Assembly (NCBI GenBank): GCA_020137815.1
Contig: CM035352.1
Coordinates: forward strand, 2,914,001 to 2,978,000
Source of the DNA: Hormiphora californensis
Lineage: Eukaryota > Animalia > Ctenophora
Length of the DNA: 64,000 nucleotides
Direction: 5' to 3'
Positions within the stretch are counted from its first letter, which is position 1, and each line of letters begins with the position of its first letter. The notes beneath the pieces were generated by a model. The model saw only the letters and a list, made by a program, of their open reading frames with translations. It did no database searches and was not told where the DNA came from. The position numbers and the translations under genes are program-made. Positions 41,363-54,310 of the stretch are shown here, piece after piece.

Positions 41363-41466
41363 AAAAGTGGGGTGGACGGCCGGGAATGATGCGGTGGGAT
41401 TCGAACCCACGACTGCCACACTACTAAGTAGTTTCGGCACCTTAGGGGCCCGGCTATCCTCCCCGG
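41363..41466 (-). ncRNA. tRNA-Leu-derived Pol III-type small RNA (not a canonical tRNA)
   Basis: TAGCCGGGCCCCTAAGG (A-box/D-arm-like), perfect T-arm GTGGG-TTCGAAT-CCCAC, terminal stem CCGGGGA.GAT/ATC.TTCCCGG, TTTT 13 nt downstream of the stem. Confidence 0.6.
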
Positions 41467-42242
41467 TGTTAAAATGGAATTTTGTCTTTTAGAAACAGGT
41501 TGAGCTCTCTACATAGCGAACGTCGAGAGGAGATGAGGCGACGAGAGGGAGATGAGACCCACGACTGCACACTACAAGTAGTAGGGGCTAGTTACTCGAC
41601 AACTTAGGTCCTCTCTATTTCAGCTCTCTCGGTATCGAATTCTGCTCCGTTATCTACCCGGGAGAAATTAGAGAGTAAACCTAAGATATGATATATATAA
41701 GAAGAGACCGGAGAGGAGGAGAGAAGATGAGGCACTAAGCGATATATAGCTATATAAGGTACTCTATATACTCTCTCTCATTTCCCTATACCGTCGTCTC
41801 ATGTGCAGCCACAATGACCATCCTGGTTTGACCAGTGTAAATTAATCAAGCCAACGAGAATCCGAGAGTAGTAACGAAGGTAGTTCGACCGAAAAAAGTA
41901 GTTTTCAAAAACAATTGGTATATTCGCGGGCCCGAGGAACAACCACATATCACGAAGCCACGCTGGGATTTAACCCACCCAGTATCGTTCTCCTCCTGTC
42001 TTTTCCTCTTTGCAGACGCGTAAATTTATAATTAGTGTTGTTATATAATAACTTTCAAAATGATCACAAACTTCAGATCCAGCTCGAAGGATCACATATT
42101 ATTAGCTCGAGTAAGGAACAATTTAGACTAAAAGTGTTCCTGTGTAACCGCATGACACACCAATTTTCCAAAAGTCACACACACCACACACACACCCTAT
42201 AAATAGAGCTGTGTGACAGTAATACCTGATGTAATTCAGATC

Positions 42243-43050
42243 ATGTACGTTGTTGCTAGTAGTTACGGACAAAATCCAGGCAATTCATTTTACGCGCAAA
42301 GGAGAATTCACGATGTAATGTGAATACGAATATAACTACAAGGGTGTTGTGGTGTCAAAAGTGTGAGCCATGCTCCCTCGTCGTTTGCTAATGTTACAGA
42401 AGCTAACAGCTACTTCACAATTTTCAAAAACCCGCATGGTGATCGTCAAACCAGGATGTATTCAGTTCCACCAGGATTTTATCGAACTAGTGCAGAATTA
42501 TTACTGGCAATGCGAAAAGCTATCTCTGACAAAGAGCGGGAAAACCTGAGAGATGTGGATATTGATAATTGGGAGACTCCAGACTATATCGCTGATGAAA
42601 ATACACATACCTGTGCTTTGGTATATACTGCTAAATCTAAGTATGGTTTTCCGGCCAAAGACAGTGGAGTGATAAGATTTTTTAGGAAGTTCATGGAGCG
42701 AACATCTATTATAGATTTTCCCAGAAAACTTGCTGGTAAAATGGAACCTTTCGACATGCGTTGTCAACTTGGTTATATCTATTCAAATATTGTCCCTGAA
42801 ATACATACAATTAGTAATAACTCTTGACAAGGGTTGTAAGGGTTCTGCCCCCCTGTTCTTTTAACCAGCACAAGTGCGGTTACAATATTATGATTTTGTA
42901 ACCCATGTATTTCAAGTGAGTTTCCGTTTTTGGCTGAAATGCTACTTCAGTATCTCAGATAATATGGGACAACTTTTTGAATTTCATGAAGACGATGAAA
43001 CGAACTTTCCAACTATCATTGTATTACATTTTCGAAAAATATCTAACTGA
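42243..43050 (+). pseudogene. Second, divergent minor capsid (penton) paralog with several frameshifts
   Basis: MYVVASS.GQNPG, GVKSVSH, NVTEAN, VPPGFY, YIYSNIV, PMYF, ISDNMGQLFEF, PTIIVLHFRK parallel the 36757 ORF; TATAAATA at ~42198. Confidence 0.75.
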
Positions 43051-43228
43051 GATTCAAAAATAATTTAAAATAACCTGTGTTGTGATATTTTGTTAATTAT
43101 TCGAATGCACCACTCCTCCTTTCAAAAATCCTACTTATTGTCGTAGTTGTATGTCTTGTAGTTGTCTGTGTCTGTCTGTCTGTCTGTCTGTTCTGTCTGT
43201 GTTCTGTCTGTCTGCTGTCTGTCTGTCG

Positions 43229-43282
<54 letters not shown>

Positions 43283-44086
43283 ATGTCTGTTCTCTGTCTG
43301 TCCGGACAATGTTGAGTAGAGAGACCAGCCCCGTCCTGGATTTAAAGACTCCATCGTGGAGCAAAGTAACCACACCAACACACAGTCCTAAAACATCTGT
43401 CTCCAACCCCAAACGACCAGTAGCAGTAAGGAACAATCTGTTCAACTTTCCAGAACCTACAGAAGCTCAGGTCACGATGGTTGATTAGCATCCGGACTAG
43501 GGGTAACTTCAACTCCTTCGGTGACACAGACGATGAAGAGGAGGAGGAGAGACGTCCATCCCAGCTCCCCCTCCAGTCGCTGACAAACCACCTCCATCTC
43601 CTGATCTCCTAAGGAGGACACCATCGACTCATCTCCGTCAATTAGGCGGGGTACCCACTCGCGGAATGCTTCAGGAATATCTACACAAGCAGGAATCCTT
43701 CCACTGGTTAGATAAACAAACGCCAACCCCCCCTGGGTTGAGTTGGAACAAGAACATCTTCCTAGAGCACAGAGTCCAGTGATCAGGTTGCCTCGCTTAT
43801 CGGGTAATTTAGGTCCCTACTACTCGATATATACTACTAACGAGGGCAGGGTACAGACCCTGAGAAACAGATAAATAACGTGGATCCGGTATTAAAAACA
43901 CAATACAAAGCACTATACTAGCTAGAGAAAAACACAATTAGACTAACTTAATACACAATGGGAGGGAGATAGACAAGGGCTAGTTAAAATGCGAGTAAAC
44001 AAAAACGGGTTGAGAAAAGCTAGCCCTAGTCTAGGGGAGAACCAGGGAGGACTATAGGAATGACGAGCAGTGGTATGAACTTATAG

Positions 44087-44547
<461 letters not shown>

Positions 44548-47500
44548 GGAGATTGAGAGGAGAGAGATTGAGAGCGATCAAAAGACACTTGAAGCATGCC
44601 ACTGAGAAGTAGTATAATACCACCCCCCCCCCCCCGTCATCTATATAATATAAAGGAACCCCCGATATACCGTGCAAAATGACTCCCCCCCCCCCCCCCA
44701 TGGATCCTGGTATATCGGGGTCGGAATGTGATGAAGTATGTATCTCCACAAAACCTCCAGCATTCAAATTTGTCCTTAACCGTTTTATTTTCATCCAGAC
44801 GTTTCTACGAGATCATTTGGATCGGCCTTCCAGTCTCTTCGATAATATGTCTCCATTCCGTGAGATTGAAAATACAAGGTATAAAATGCTTTATATGGCA
44901 GTAGGAATTAATTAAAAAATAAATACATGCATATTAAGAACAAATTAGCTCAGTTTAGTTCATTGTCACAGTTAGTTATTCATACTTTAGTGATAGTTCA
45001 TTCTTAAAATGTCCATAACTTATTTATTATTACCACCCCTTTCTATTTAGGTACTGGAGTTATCCTTGTATGGGTCACTTTCTTGAGCCTCTACAGTGTA
45101 GAGTCTACACCTCCCCCTCCCCCATCCCTTCCCACTCTGTTCATGTTCACAGTCCGAGATATGAGGCTGCTCCACCCTCGGGATAGCCGCCAGTCCGCCA
45201 GGTATTTTCTACCCCCTCTCTTTAGTACTTCAATTTCCGTGACGAGGCTTTTGCAGTATTTTACTAGCCTTCTATCAGGTTTTCAGGGCCCCTTAGCTGC
45301 AGCAGACGCTGTGTGGGTCCCTAGTGTGTACGGATTTTATGTGTGTATTGAATTCCTTACCTTTGTATCATGTATGTACACCTAAACAGGGTCTGTCACC
45401 AGTGTCGCATCGTTTTGAAATTCTCCGCACAAACGACTAGCACAAAATGACAACATGCAAAGAATTGCTTGCTGCTCAGTTTGTTTTTATGTTAGCGACT
45501 TGAAACAAAGTACATCGTTTAGAGAATTAAATTGTCTATGTCTAGGTGAAAACTAGACGAAAAATGAGCAAGTACAGGAGTAACTAGAGAAATCTAAAAA
45601 GTGACCTCAAAAAACCGTCTTTTCGACCAAATATTTTGAAATCGCCATAGCTCTGGAAGTAGGGCTGATCTCAAAAATCGGTGAAGAGTAGGTCGAACAG
45701 TTTTGTCTGAATTTTCACGTAGTACCGGTTTTAACCTGATAGGACCAACCACCAATGAGCCTACCTCAAAAAACTTTGAAACAACCTGATTTTTTCAAAA
45801 TTTCGCTCTTCCCGAGAATTTTGGAAAAGTGTCGCATCATTTTCGCGATTTTGATACGACACTTTCCCCCTGCATATAAATGCCTATATCTCTCTTCCTC
45901 TCTAGTTTCTACGCCACGATCTCACTTTTCTAGTGTATCTAGGAGGTTACACTCACTGGGGAGGGGGGCTGCAGTTTTTGGTTGTGCTGCTGTAGAATAT
46001 CTGGCCAGGAATTGGCTAAATATGCAACTAATTGATATCAAATCAAAAATCACTCTACCCGACTAATTTCGATACGCTGAATCACGTGAGCAACTTTTTA
46101 AAGCCCACAGAGGCCGATAAAGTGCTCTAATTGGGCATAATTGGGTCTAATTGACCGAAATTACAACTTTTCTCCTGGAAACGCTATCATGACAAATTTA
46201 GGCACTTACCCCACTGATTTTGATACCCTGATTCACATGAGCATCTTTTATCAATGATGGATAAAATGCACGAATTGGACATAATTGGGTCTAATTGGCT
46301 AGCATAATTATAAATTTTCCTTGTAAACACATTTACTTCCTTTGAAGACACTTCCCCATTGATTTTGATACCCTGATTCATTATATCAGCAGGGCATCTA
46401 CATCTTAGTGGTGGGTGCTCTAATTGGGTCTAATTGATTGAAATTACAATTCTTTCCAAAAAAAATTACAAATAAATCCGTATGAGGGCACCTTCCCCAA
46501 TAATTTGGATACGCTGATTCGAATGAATAACTATTAACTATTATAAGCTCTAAGCAGCGGAGCCAATTCCCTAATTGAGTATAACTGGGTCTAATTGATC
46601 AAAATAATTACAATTATTTCCTGTTATGTATACATAGGGTGCACTTTACATAATGCTTCTCTCTCAAATCAGTGTAGTTAGTATCTCCAAAATCCAGGTG
46701 AACTTTTACAGGGAAAAGTTGTAATTATATTGCTCAATTAGACACAATCATGCTCATTTAGAGCATTTTTTCCACAATTTCGAGCTTAGAAAAGATACTC
46801 ATGTGATTCAGGGTATCGAAATTAGTGGGTTAAGTGCCTAAATTTGTCATGATAGCGTTTCCAGGCGAAAAGTTGTAATTTCGGTCAATTAGACCCAATT
46901 ATGCCCAATTAGAGCACTTTATCGGCCTCTGAGGGCTTTAAAAAGTTGCTCACGTGATTCAGCGTATCGAAATTAGTCGGGTAGAGTGATTTTTGATTTG
47001 ATATCAATTAGTTGCATATTTAGCCAATTCCTGGCCAGATATTTTACAGCAGCACAACCTTGGGCACGTCGCGCCCCCCATGTTCGCGCGCCCGTAGGGC
47101 GATCCCCTCACATAGGGGGCACAGTCACGACTAGGGCACTCGTAGAATGCTTCGTTCTGCTAAACGGCGCTAGTTAGCGTTTTAATTTTTGGATTTTCTG
47201 ATCGGTCATGTTCTAAATGAATGCAACGAACAGGTCTCGATTTGAAACTCTCAAAAACCGTGGCGTAATCGCCGATTTGCTCAAATCGGTTTTTTGGCAA
47301 TTACGGGAGAACGGAATATCCATAAAATCCCAAACTCTGGGATATGTTAGAGGAGACAATTTGACACCTTCGTGTCGAAGGATTTTTCTCTTATTCTTCT
47401 GGTCTTCAACTGACGGCCATTTGAATTAATTTGACCTCTCTTCCCCCGACCCTTAGTCCCACTAAACGACAGCTTTATAAGTAACCATCTTTTTTTCCCA

Positions 47501-48083
47501 GGTAGAGAATCCCTTGAACTGGTGCAACGTATAGGTGGATAAGCCAGAAACGATTTCTGGACAGAGGAATCGACTCTCAAAGTTGGATGATTTCAAACAG
47601 TGATTGGACTTTTTGGGACACTTTGACTTTAAAAAGAGTGATACATTTATCATTTTCCGACATAATTTTACCTAATTTGACCAACTAAAGTGTTTAATTA
47701 ATCGTTAATTGCTTAATTAAGAAAATCGGACGCGCAAATATACAAACGCGCTTGTTTTGGACAGAAATTGCGCGCGCTGAAGAATCTTCAAAGTGAATCG
47801 TGACGGCGCGAACTGAAAAAGTTGCGCGGTTTTTTTTTTCGAAACTCGAAAAGTCAAGAATAATTTGCGCACTATGCCACGGATCAGGACCCATCCTCTT
47901 AACCCATTCTAAGGGCCTGCAGCAAAGAGAAAACTTTTCCGGGACTATTGAAAATCTAAGCGATGAATTATTCTGAGGCTCGAGCGACCTATACACAGCG
48001 TATGGCGACATTTAAAGGATTCTTACCTGAAACGTCTACAGAAAGTTCAGAACGTCAGACGTCTACAGAAAGTTCAGAACAGT

Positions 48084-49630
48084 GCGACACGATACATATA
48101 TGGGAAAAGAGGAAAACGGGGTGTAACAAAACTTCGCATGAAATCACACTTCTTGCCTGTGAAACAGCGAATAGAGTACAAAATTTGCTTGATGGTATAC
48201 AAGATTCTTCATCTTCATGATCAATCACCTCCATACATGTCTGAGATGTTAGTGAAGTGGCCCCAGAAAGTGAAATCACTCCGAGTGGATAATGACGTCA
48301 CCGCTCTGAAAGAGGTGCGGAGGAGTGAGTACCACTACGAAAACACTAGAGGCGCTTTCAGTATTGCTGCACCTAAATTATGGAATCAGCTACCACGATC
48401 AATCCGGGACTCAGAATCCCTTACTACTTTTAAAACATCCCTGAAGACGCACTTGTTCTTTAGAGCATACAACCAATGACCGGCAAAATAATCCTCACTT
48501 CCCTACATCCACATGGATTCCTGAGTAACTACTGTCTCTAACTCCTATTCCTGATTCCTGGGCTCCCTTTTTCTCGTGTATTCCTTCACATCGATACCTG
48601 CATCCTTTCTCTCCTACATTATTCCATGTTGATCCCTGGGTCCTTTACTCCTACCTTGCTCCACATCGCTCCCTGGGTCCTTTCCCAACCTTACTTCATA
48701 TCGATCCCTGGGTCCTTTACTCCTACTTCCACTCCACATCGATCCCTGGGTCCTCTACTCCTACCTCCTCCACATCGATCCCTGGGTCCTTTACTCCTAC
48801 CTCCTCCACATCGATCCCTGGGTCCTCTACTCCTACCTCCTCCACATTGATCCCTGGGTCCTTTACTCCTACCTTACTTCACATCGATCCCTGGGTTCTT
48901 TACTCCTACTTCCACTCCACATCTATCCCTGGGTCCTTTACTCCTACCTCCTCCACATTGATCCCTGGGTCCTTTACTCCTACCTCCTCCACATTGATCC
49001 CTGGGTCCTTTACTCCAACCTCCTCCACATCGATTCCTGGGTCCTTTCCCTACCTTGCTCCACATCGATCCCTGGGTCCTTTCCAACCTCCTTCACATCG
49101 ATCCCTGGGTCCTTTACTCCTACCTCCTCCACATCAATTCCTGGGTCCTTTCCCTACCTTGCTCCACATCGATCCCTGGGTCCTTTCCCAACCTCCTTCA
49201 CATCAATCCCTGGGTCCTCTACTCCTACCTCCTCCACATCGATCCCTGGGTCCTTTACTCCTACCTCCTCCACACCGATCCCTGGGTCCTTTTCCTTGCG
49301 CTGCTCCATATCGAGCACATCCTCATTCCTCATTCTAAAAACTATTTACAACATCCCTTCTACACGCTACTCATCACCTCTTATCACGACAGTTGATTGA
49401 TTCGGTTTTTTGTACATACATATACACACTGTGAAGAGTGTTTGAATTAGACGAGATAACCCAGCTAGAGGTAGCTACGGGCGGAAACGTCCGCATGTTG
49501 GACATATATATTTTTTAATTTGTGAACCAATATGTTTAGTGTATTAGCGGGGTGTCAATAATTACATTTATTTAATTTATTGACATTATAAATATAATTT
49601 TAATCTTGTAATCTTGTAATCTTGTAATCC
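48084..49630 (+). mobile_element. 5'-truncated L2/CR1-group LINE (ORF2 C-terminus, stop at 48479, plus 3' UTR)
   Basis: HFLPVKQRIEYKI..., AFSIAAPKLWNQLP..IR....L.TFK..LKTHLF; probable (AATCTTGT)n tail at ~49602-49630. Confidence 0.8.
48588..49312. repeat. 36-bp minisatellite (~20 copies)
   Basis: TCCACATCGATCCCTGGGTCCTTTACTCCTACCTCC repeated. Confidence 0.9.
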
Positions 49631-51253
49631 ATTTCAACTGAGATAAAAATTTGGGGCTCAGGAAGATCATGTTTAGTTCTTATTCCTAAATGAGCTTTTT
49701 ATTTTTAAACATTGTAAACCTCTCTAGTGTGTTTCATGGCGAAACGAGGAAATCTGACGAGTGACGAAATGGATAAATCTGAATGAACGGTACAAAAACC
49801 CAGGATTTGATGCCCTCCAAACATCAATTTTATCACTTTTCTAATTGGATACTGCGTTCTGGATACTGTGTTTAGTATCCCATGCTTGGCACTCTCTCAG
49901 ATACTCAGCAGGTAAGATATGCTATCACCACGAGAAGTGGGGGACACAAAGTCATAACCCAATTTGATCCAAGCGACAGTGCGCTCAGATGGGGTCGGCG
50001 GCGCAAGGCAGCACCCTTGACCCGTGATAACAATCTCCCCTATTTCAGAGAACCACAGCAGTGAGTAGCTGCAAGATACTTCCCAGTTATTATTCAACGT
50101 ATCTTCCACAATGTCCACAGACCAGAACTTACAAGAAAGGAGAAGAAATTGAACAGCTACCATTACCCCCTGATCTCATCACCATCCCCTCACTCTGGTA
50201 GGTGATAGTTTTGTTTCTTAGTTAAAGTCCACCTGGAATTTGTACATAAACTAAAGATATATTAAACACTGCCATTACAACTATTTTAGAACCCCTTCTA
50301 CTCATCCCCTTGCCCTATCACCAGGTAAACAAACATGAGTTTAGAAATCTGGTGTTGAGGTGACATGACAGCTGTGAGATGACAAGAGGGAATGGTGGGT
50401 GTGCCAGTCTCATCTCTGTAAAACGGTAGGCACCACTGAAGTTATACCAAATTATATGTAATGCACAGTATTTTTACACAGTACAGTTATACACAGTATA
50501 ACAGTACACACATACGTCATACATGTATTACCAACACTGCGGGTTCGTCACCAAGGGAATCTCAAAACACAGTGGTTCACCAAGTTTACAACTGTTTCGG
50601 GAGATAGTTTTGGTGTGTATTTTGGGTGGGGTGATGTTCAAGAGGTCAGCCGAAATTTACACTGTAGTAGAGTCGATTAGCACACATGACTAGACTCTCG
50701 CAATTTTTACTGCCTCATCGTTATTGCCTGGCTCTATCCTCTTTCCGTGCGCCCCGCCCTCTTTTACAAATGTAAAGGAGAGTTATAACATCGTTATGGA
50801 TCTTACGCAGCATGTTGAGAATTTATATATATATTTGCCATTTGCCAACCTACTCTTGACGTTATATCTGTAACCCACACACTCAATTCCAGGTGTTCAA
50901 CGGTTGTCCTTCTCAAAAATAGTCCATCAGAGGATAACTACTATCTCAGACCCTGCTAGTTATTGATGGGAAAAGTGGTTATGTTGCATGTCACGCTCCT
51001 CTGCTCGCCGTCAAGTGGTTATGACATCGACATTATTTAAGGTGAGAGCAACCAGTAGTTTATACTTTGTAGTTCTCTATACTAGTAGTTGACAATTCAA
51101 AATATTTTAATTCTATATGTTTTCTCTCGCCCTACCTGCTACCATTCTATGAATCCTCTCTCTTTCACCCTCAGTAGCTGTCAGTCTCTCCCTCACTATC
51201 TCTCTAGCTCTATCTACCTCTCTCTCCGCCTCTCTCAATCCCCCCTCTCTTTC

Positions 51254-51292
51254 TTGCCCGCGTAGCGAACATGAGGGGCGCGACGTGCCCAA
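51254..51292 (-). mobile_element. 39-bp minimal element of the TTGGGCACG family
   Basis: Reverse complement TTGGGCACGTCGCGCCCCTCATGTTCGCTACGCGGGCAA; TSD CTCTCTTTC at 51245-51253 and 51293-51301. Confidence 0.8.
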
Positions 51293-52000
51293 CTCTCTTT
51301 CGTTGTAGTACTGGATTTAAGATATCTCACATGTGATCCCATCCTTCTAGTTGTGGGTGGTTGTCTTGCGGGTGGTTGTGTTGCGGGACCCGATCACTAG
51401 AATTTGCTGTTAGGTTTATCAATTGTTTAGCAGACATAGCCCCTGGCAACCGTGTATCTTCCCTGGGTGGTATTAATTCCACAACCTTCTTTTTCCATTT
51501 TTGGTGACCCCCTGAAATTTATAAAACTTTCCTAGTAACTCCGTAGGGCTATTCCCAAGATAGCAGAAATGAAATCTAACCTATTCTCTCTACAGGTAAC
51601 TTTACGATAAGAGAGTCGAAGGATATTTTAAACTGCACTAGGGAATCAATAATGAGTTGTCGAACCTAATGGTGAGTTTACAACCCTCTAACACTGTCCC
51701 CCTTTACCAACCCTCTAACACTGTTCCCTCTTTACCAACCCTCTAACACTGTTCCCACTTTACCAACCCTCTAACACCCCTTCCCTCTCAGGAAGGAGAT
51801 CTTGAAGAGGAACAGTCAGGCCCAGCTGCAGTCAAGAGATCCCCACTGGAAGCTATGACCCAGACTGATAAGGAGCTAGATCACATCTCGACCTGAAACT
51901 GATGATTTGGAGGATTACTGTGATAAGGTTTGTGTTCAGCTCTAACCCCATTTAGGTTGCTTTTCTCAATCCCCTAACTGCTAATTTACACTCCCGTGTA

Positions 52001-52894
52001 TGGTAAGCTGGGGTAAAAGTGGCCCATTTTTAATTTATACAGCAGGAAAAAAATGTATAGGCTACCCAATGAAACGTTTTCCTTTCAGCCGGGCTAAATT
52101 AAAAAAAAGCTCTATTTAATAGGTTAATTAATCAATTCAAATAATTTGGTGAGGCTTTTTTTTTGGAAAATTTGCACTTGGGCAAAGTGGCCCAAGCAAT
52201 AGCATTGCTCAATTTTATCACGTGACTGATGTTGTTAAAACACCGATAGTTGGGGCAAAGTGGCCCATGTTGTCTCCAGCAGCTTGCCCCAGTGCATTCC
52301 AATGTCACGTGGTATTTCATACTCCATTTTATTGGTTCTAGAGGTGGACCACTTTGCCCATGGGTTGACCGCTTTGCCCCAGTGAGTGGACCATATTTGC
52401 CCCAATTTGACTAATTTGACAATTTAATCAACTTAATATGTAGTGAGTTTTTTGAAAGAAATTTTATGTCTAGTTTTAGAAGAATAAAAAACCTAGCTGG
52501 CAGTTTTTGTTCATGTTGTGGAAAAGGCGGACGGGGTGATACATTGGAGTGTGGGGGACACGTCCGGGGCGTGGGAGGTCATACGAAGTCAGAACACGGT
52601 GGTTGGTGGTAGTGTTGAAAAGTTTCAGACTTTTCAACACTACTTTAAACAAATTAGTTTGAGCTGAAGAAGGGGCACAACCCCGAAACGTTCCAACCAA
52701 CCACCGTGTTTTGACTTCCCACGCCCCGGACGTGTCCCCCACACTCCAATGGCAGTTTTTGCAAATTTAAAATCGGCCAACTCAAACAAAAATCACAGCA
52801 GTTTTAAATAAAAAATCCGGAACAGAACGAGCAGGCCAATTTGCCCCATACATGGGCCACTTTACCCGATGGGCCAACTTGCCCCAGCTTACCT
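52001..52894. mobile_element. pogo-like MITE with nested inverted repeat (52542-52750)
   Basis: GGTAAGCTGGGG...CCCCAGCTTACC, TA flanks, repeated GGGCAAAGTGGCCC motifs. Confidence 0.65.
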
Positions 52895-53571
52895 TACTCG
52901 TATAATAGCCCATGTTATATCTAATCACTCAACTCCTGCTACCCAAACCGCAGTTTCCATATTTTATCGGTTATCCCACCCCAACACCCCTAACTCACCC
53001 CCTAATCAACCAGGCCCTAACACCCCATCTCCTCCTCTCCAGGACCACTCAGAGCCGGAATCCGAGTTGAATGTAACAAACTGCACCACATGTTATTATG
53101 ACGGCAACTGTGGCCTGTGGATGCTGTTGTGATGTGTGCTGTGATGTCAGGACATTGAAGAAAAAAATTCCTTACTCCCCTAACACTGCATACATCATCT
53201 ACTGACTGCAGTATTGATCCAGCTCCATTTTAGCTGTTTACATGGAATGGGAATAGAATTATAAATACAGTGAATGGACTCATTATAAACAATACCAAAT
53301 ATTGGAAGGATCCCGTGGTAGAAATATGACAGTGGACACTGGACACTCTTTGTTGGACGTGCACATTTTTTGGATCGAATAATTTTTGAGCGTCCCATGA
53401 GGTGTTTTAGGATGTTCTCAATTCTTACTCGGTGATATTAAAAACACAAATCTTAGGTATCCATTGCTATATATTACAGAGTGGATGGAAATTGGAAAAT
53501 TAGTTTTGAATACATAGAATTCATAAATATATTCCCCCCCCCCCCAAAAAAGTGTCATTTTTGCTAATATA

Positions 53572-53706
53572 CAGTCGGTTCCCGATTTACCGCGATGCTC
53601 GGGGGAAAGATATTGCCTGATAATTCGGGGTGCCCGGGTCAAATAATGTTAATTTCTTATCCCGGCTCGGGTATATATCAACGACCGGTAAATTGGGGTC
53701 CGACTG
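53572..53706. mobile_element. Tigger/pogo-like MITE
   Basis: TA-CAGTCGG...CCGACTG-TA. Confidence 0.75.
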
Positions 53707-54310
53707 TAACTTAATAAATAGTTCTTTGTCCATCACAATCTTTTAACACTTATTTCCAGGTACTGATCATTGAGTTTCGAACAATGCCGTGTAAACTGTC
53801 CTCTATCAAGAATTATGAAGCTCCCATCATCCGGTGTAGGACTTTTTCATGACAGAGGTATGGTATAATGTTAATTAACAATCAGGTCATTATCAGGTCA
53901 TCACAACACTTTAGGTTGTGGCAAACATATATTTGCCACAACCTAAAGTGTTTCAATTTGTATCCAGCTCCCTCTACACCCGGTCGAGCACTTTCGTGGC
54001 CGTCGCCGCCCCGTATTGTATATTTTCCAGTATAAATCCTAAATCGCATTCTCTCTTCACTCTAATTTAAAATTATATCTCTCTCACCTAGTTTGAATCG
54101 GTCCTGACCAAGATGTTAACGTTGGTACATATTTGTCCTTTTCCTTCTCAAGTTTCGAATAATGCCATGTGAACTGTCCTTTCATCCCGTTCCCGAAAAT
54201 GAGGTAACAAGATTTAAGTATTTATTTTATGAGTTTTGAATAATGTTTAAGGGGTCATCAATTCAGCCCTAAATTACAAATTGGCTTAATTCAGTTTTCA
54301 GATGGTGCTA

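Larger units (their letters stand above)
33505..43050. mobile_element. Polinton/Maverick (adintovirus-like) endogenous viral gene block lacking pPolB
   Basis: Intronless, tightly packed integrase, ATPase, penton, major capsid and adenain genes; ends undefined. Confidence 0.92.

Noticed and set aside
41380-41466. Functional tRNA (Leu or ochre suppressor)
   Set aside because: The acceptor stem does not pair in canonical register and the anticodon arm is non-standard; kept only as a tRNA-derived RNA.
43310-43800. Further viral gene at the right edge of the block
   Set aside because: Only short broken frames with no recognisable motif; cannot assign.
48626-49396. Pro-rich ORFs
   Set aside because: Translations of the 36-bp minisatellite.
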